From Verrucomicrobiota bacterium (GTDB lineage Bacteria; Verrucomicrobiota; Verrucomicrobiia; Verrucomicrobiales; Verrucomicrobiaceae), in contig JAIOQF010000202.1 of NCBI GenBank assembly GCA_021413535.1, positions 1 through 44,348 on the forward strand: a DNA stretch of 44,348 nucleotides, read 5' to 3'. The position numbers and the translations under genes were made by a program. Positions within the stretch are counted from its first letter, which is position 1. Each line of letters begins with the position of its first letter. A model generated the notes under the pieces. It ran no database searches, was not told the DNA's origin, and saw nothing but the letters and a program-made list of their open reading frames with translations. Below are positions 42,937 to 44,348 of the stretch, piece after piece.

Positions 42937-43539
42937 TCAATGTGTGTAGGATTCGTCAGGCGCCAATACCTTCAATTTTGAACGAAGCTGACGATCATCC
43001 AAGGACTGGTCCACCACATTTTGCAGGGCGCGTGATGCCAGATCGGTCAACCCGGCAACGGGTGATCCGCTTCCGGGCGCATAGGTTTCGCCCTGACGGG
43101 TTGACTGATAGATTCTCGAGAAGACGATCATGCCGCTGCCGCGCCGGACGATGTTCACGCGCACGCTAGCGAAAGCCGTCGGATAGAGCATCTGGCTGCA
43201 TTTGAGGTCGAGCACCTCGCCTGAAAGAATATATGCGCCATCTGCGCCTGCAGTGAGCATGTTGCGGGCTTTGAGGCCGTGAGCGAAGGCGTTGCGCACC
43301 ACGGACTCAACCGGCACCCGCGTGACCAATGATTCCAGCGGCAGACCGATCGCACTGCGCACGGTGCCCAGTTCATATTCTCCCACCTGGCGCATATCAG
43401 CAAACTTGCCGATGCTCACCATGCGAGGGCCGGGAATATTTTGTCCAAACTGCGGCAGATATTCGAGGCTAACGGCGGTGGTGTTGAATCCGCAGCTGAC
43501 GAGCAGGAGACAAGGGGCAAGCGTGAAAAGAAACTTCAT
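42937..43539 (-). CDS. putative lipoprotein, unknown function
   Basis: MKFLFTLAPCLLLVSCGF has a signal peptide with lipobox L-V-S-C. The remainder is unassigned. Confidence 0.6.
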   Translation of the reverse strand: MKFLFTLAPCLLLVSCGFNTTAVSLEYLPQFGQNIPGPRMVSIGKFADMRQVGEYELGTVRSAIGLPLESLVTRVPVESVVRNAFAHGLKARNMLTAGADGAYILSGEVLDLKCSQMLYPTAFASVRVNIVRRGSGMIVFSRIYQSTRQGETYAPGSGSPVAGLTDLASRALQNVVDQSLDDRQLRSKLKVLAPDESYTH

Positions 43540-43624
43540 GAAACGGTCTTACAATGTGTTGGTTCTCAAATCAAGCGCTGGAACACTCGCGTGAGGATCA
43601 GGGATTTCCCGAAGGACAATGAGA

Positions 43625-44347
43625 TCACTTTCCCTTGTCGAGTTCTGCAAAAGCCGCCTTAACGTTGGCAACCGTAAGCAGGTTGGGCAGGATGACCGGT
43701 TTATCACGACCCGGCACATAAAGAACATTTAAAGGCACGGCCTCGGTTTGAAATTCTGTCTTCAAAGTTTTCGAGATGAGGGGATCATAGTCCGTCCAAT
43801 CGGCTTTGAGGAGCACGATGCCGCGCTTCTTGATTTCTTCGCGAATCTCCGGCGCGTCATAGATTCGATGATTGAACTGGCAAGTGGAGCACCAGCGGGC
43901 CGTAAAGTCGACATAGACTGGCTTGCCGTCATTCACGAGTTGTTCGACCAATTGCGGGCTCCATTTTTCCCAGGGCGGCCCTTTTTCCCGTGGATGAGTC
44001 ATCCAGATGCCGAGCGCCAGCATCAGCAGTGCTGCCACAGCGCCGCGCAGACGGATGGCGTTGGGTTTGCTGATGACGCACCAGCGTCCGTAAATCCAGA
44101 GGGCCATGGCGATCATCGGCAGTCCGACCAGGAGGTCTCGCTGATTCTCGTCAGAGATCAGTCCCAGCAAGACCCATGCGAAATAACCGGCGGCACTCAG
44201 CATGAGAAAGGACATGCCTTCCTTGAAGCTCTCCATCCATGCACCTGGACGCGGCAGTTTTTTCAAGAGACCGGGCGCAAGCGAGAGAACCAAATAGGGT
44301 GAGGCCAGTCCCAGTCCGATGACGGTGAAAAATGAAAGAGCACCTGC
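43625..44347 (-). CDS. DsbD-family thiol:disulfide interchange protein, C-terminal part (5' end beyond the right edge)
   Basis: The frame stays open upstream of the track start (hand translation of 44347-44294 gives AGALSFFTVIGLGLASPY). It has the DsbD-like segment LPRPGAWMESFKEGMSF, TM helices, and a C-terminal thioredoxin fold with VYVDFTARWCSTCQ (C-x-x-C). Confidence 0.8.
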   Translation of the reverse strand, partial: AGALSFFTVIGLGLASPYLVLSLAPGLLKKLPRPGAWMESFKEGMSFLMLSAAGYFAWVLLGLISDENQRDLLVGLPMIAMALWIYGRWCVISKPNAIRLRGAVAALLMLALGIWMTHPREKGPPWEKWSPQLVEQLVNDGKPVYVDFTARWCSTCQFNHRIYDAPEIREEIKKRGIVLLKADWTDYDPLISKTLKTEFQTEAVPLNVLYVPGRDKPVILPNLLTVANVKAAFAELDKGK

Positions 44348-44348
44348 T

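Noticed and set aside
1-44348. Window-wide scan for tRNA, rRNA, CRISPR arrays, IS elements, integrases and prophage genes
   Set aside because: None found. Intergenic gaps are short, the longest being about 316 nt. No T-loop-like GGTTCGAATCC motif lies outside coding sequence. There are no regularly spaced direct repeats and no transposase- or integrase-like translations in the ORF track.

Overview
Dense, almost fully coding chromosomal segment with about 38 genes on both strands. It reads like core genome of a PVC-superphylum bacterium, most likely Verrucomicrobiota. That placement is an inference from the DapL-type lysine pathway gene, a PATR-repeat giant surface protein, a stray four-helix-bundle '23S rRNA IVS' gene and a fused membrane/spermidine-synthase-like protein. 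All calls come from reading the translations and motifs by eye; no homology search was run.

Housekeeping genes I recognise: acpP, an LpxL-type acyltransferase, accA, dapL, glgX, pyk, rpoA-rplQ, bioD, two Cys/Met PLP enzymes, mdh, a UvrD-type helicase, rnhB-yraN, and the C-terminal part of a DsbD-like protein. There are also several transporters: AEC, MIP, MFS and an ABC importer.

I find no rRNA, tRNA, CRISPR array, transposase, integrase or phage genes, and no canonical defence island. I therefore cannot point to a clear-cut novel multi-gene system.

The items that most deserve a second look:
1. A 2573-aa secreted mosaic protein (29464-37185). It has an enzyme-like head, an embedded PASTA domain, a PATR beta-helix and no recognisable anchor.
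2. A four-helix-bundle (IVS-protein/Avd-family) ORF wedged between the binding-protein and permease genes of an ABC operon, bracketed by a 17-nt inverted repeat. The architecture resembles an rRNA intervening sequence.
3. A frameshift splitting the UvrD-family helicase, whose stop overlaps the start of a phosphodiester-glycosidase gene that is followed by a translationally coupled PAS + MBL-hydrolase pair.
4. A HEPN-domain ORF at the left edge that the ORF track misses.
5. A MIP channel lacking the conserved Arg after its second NPA box.
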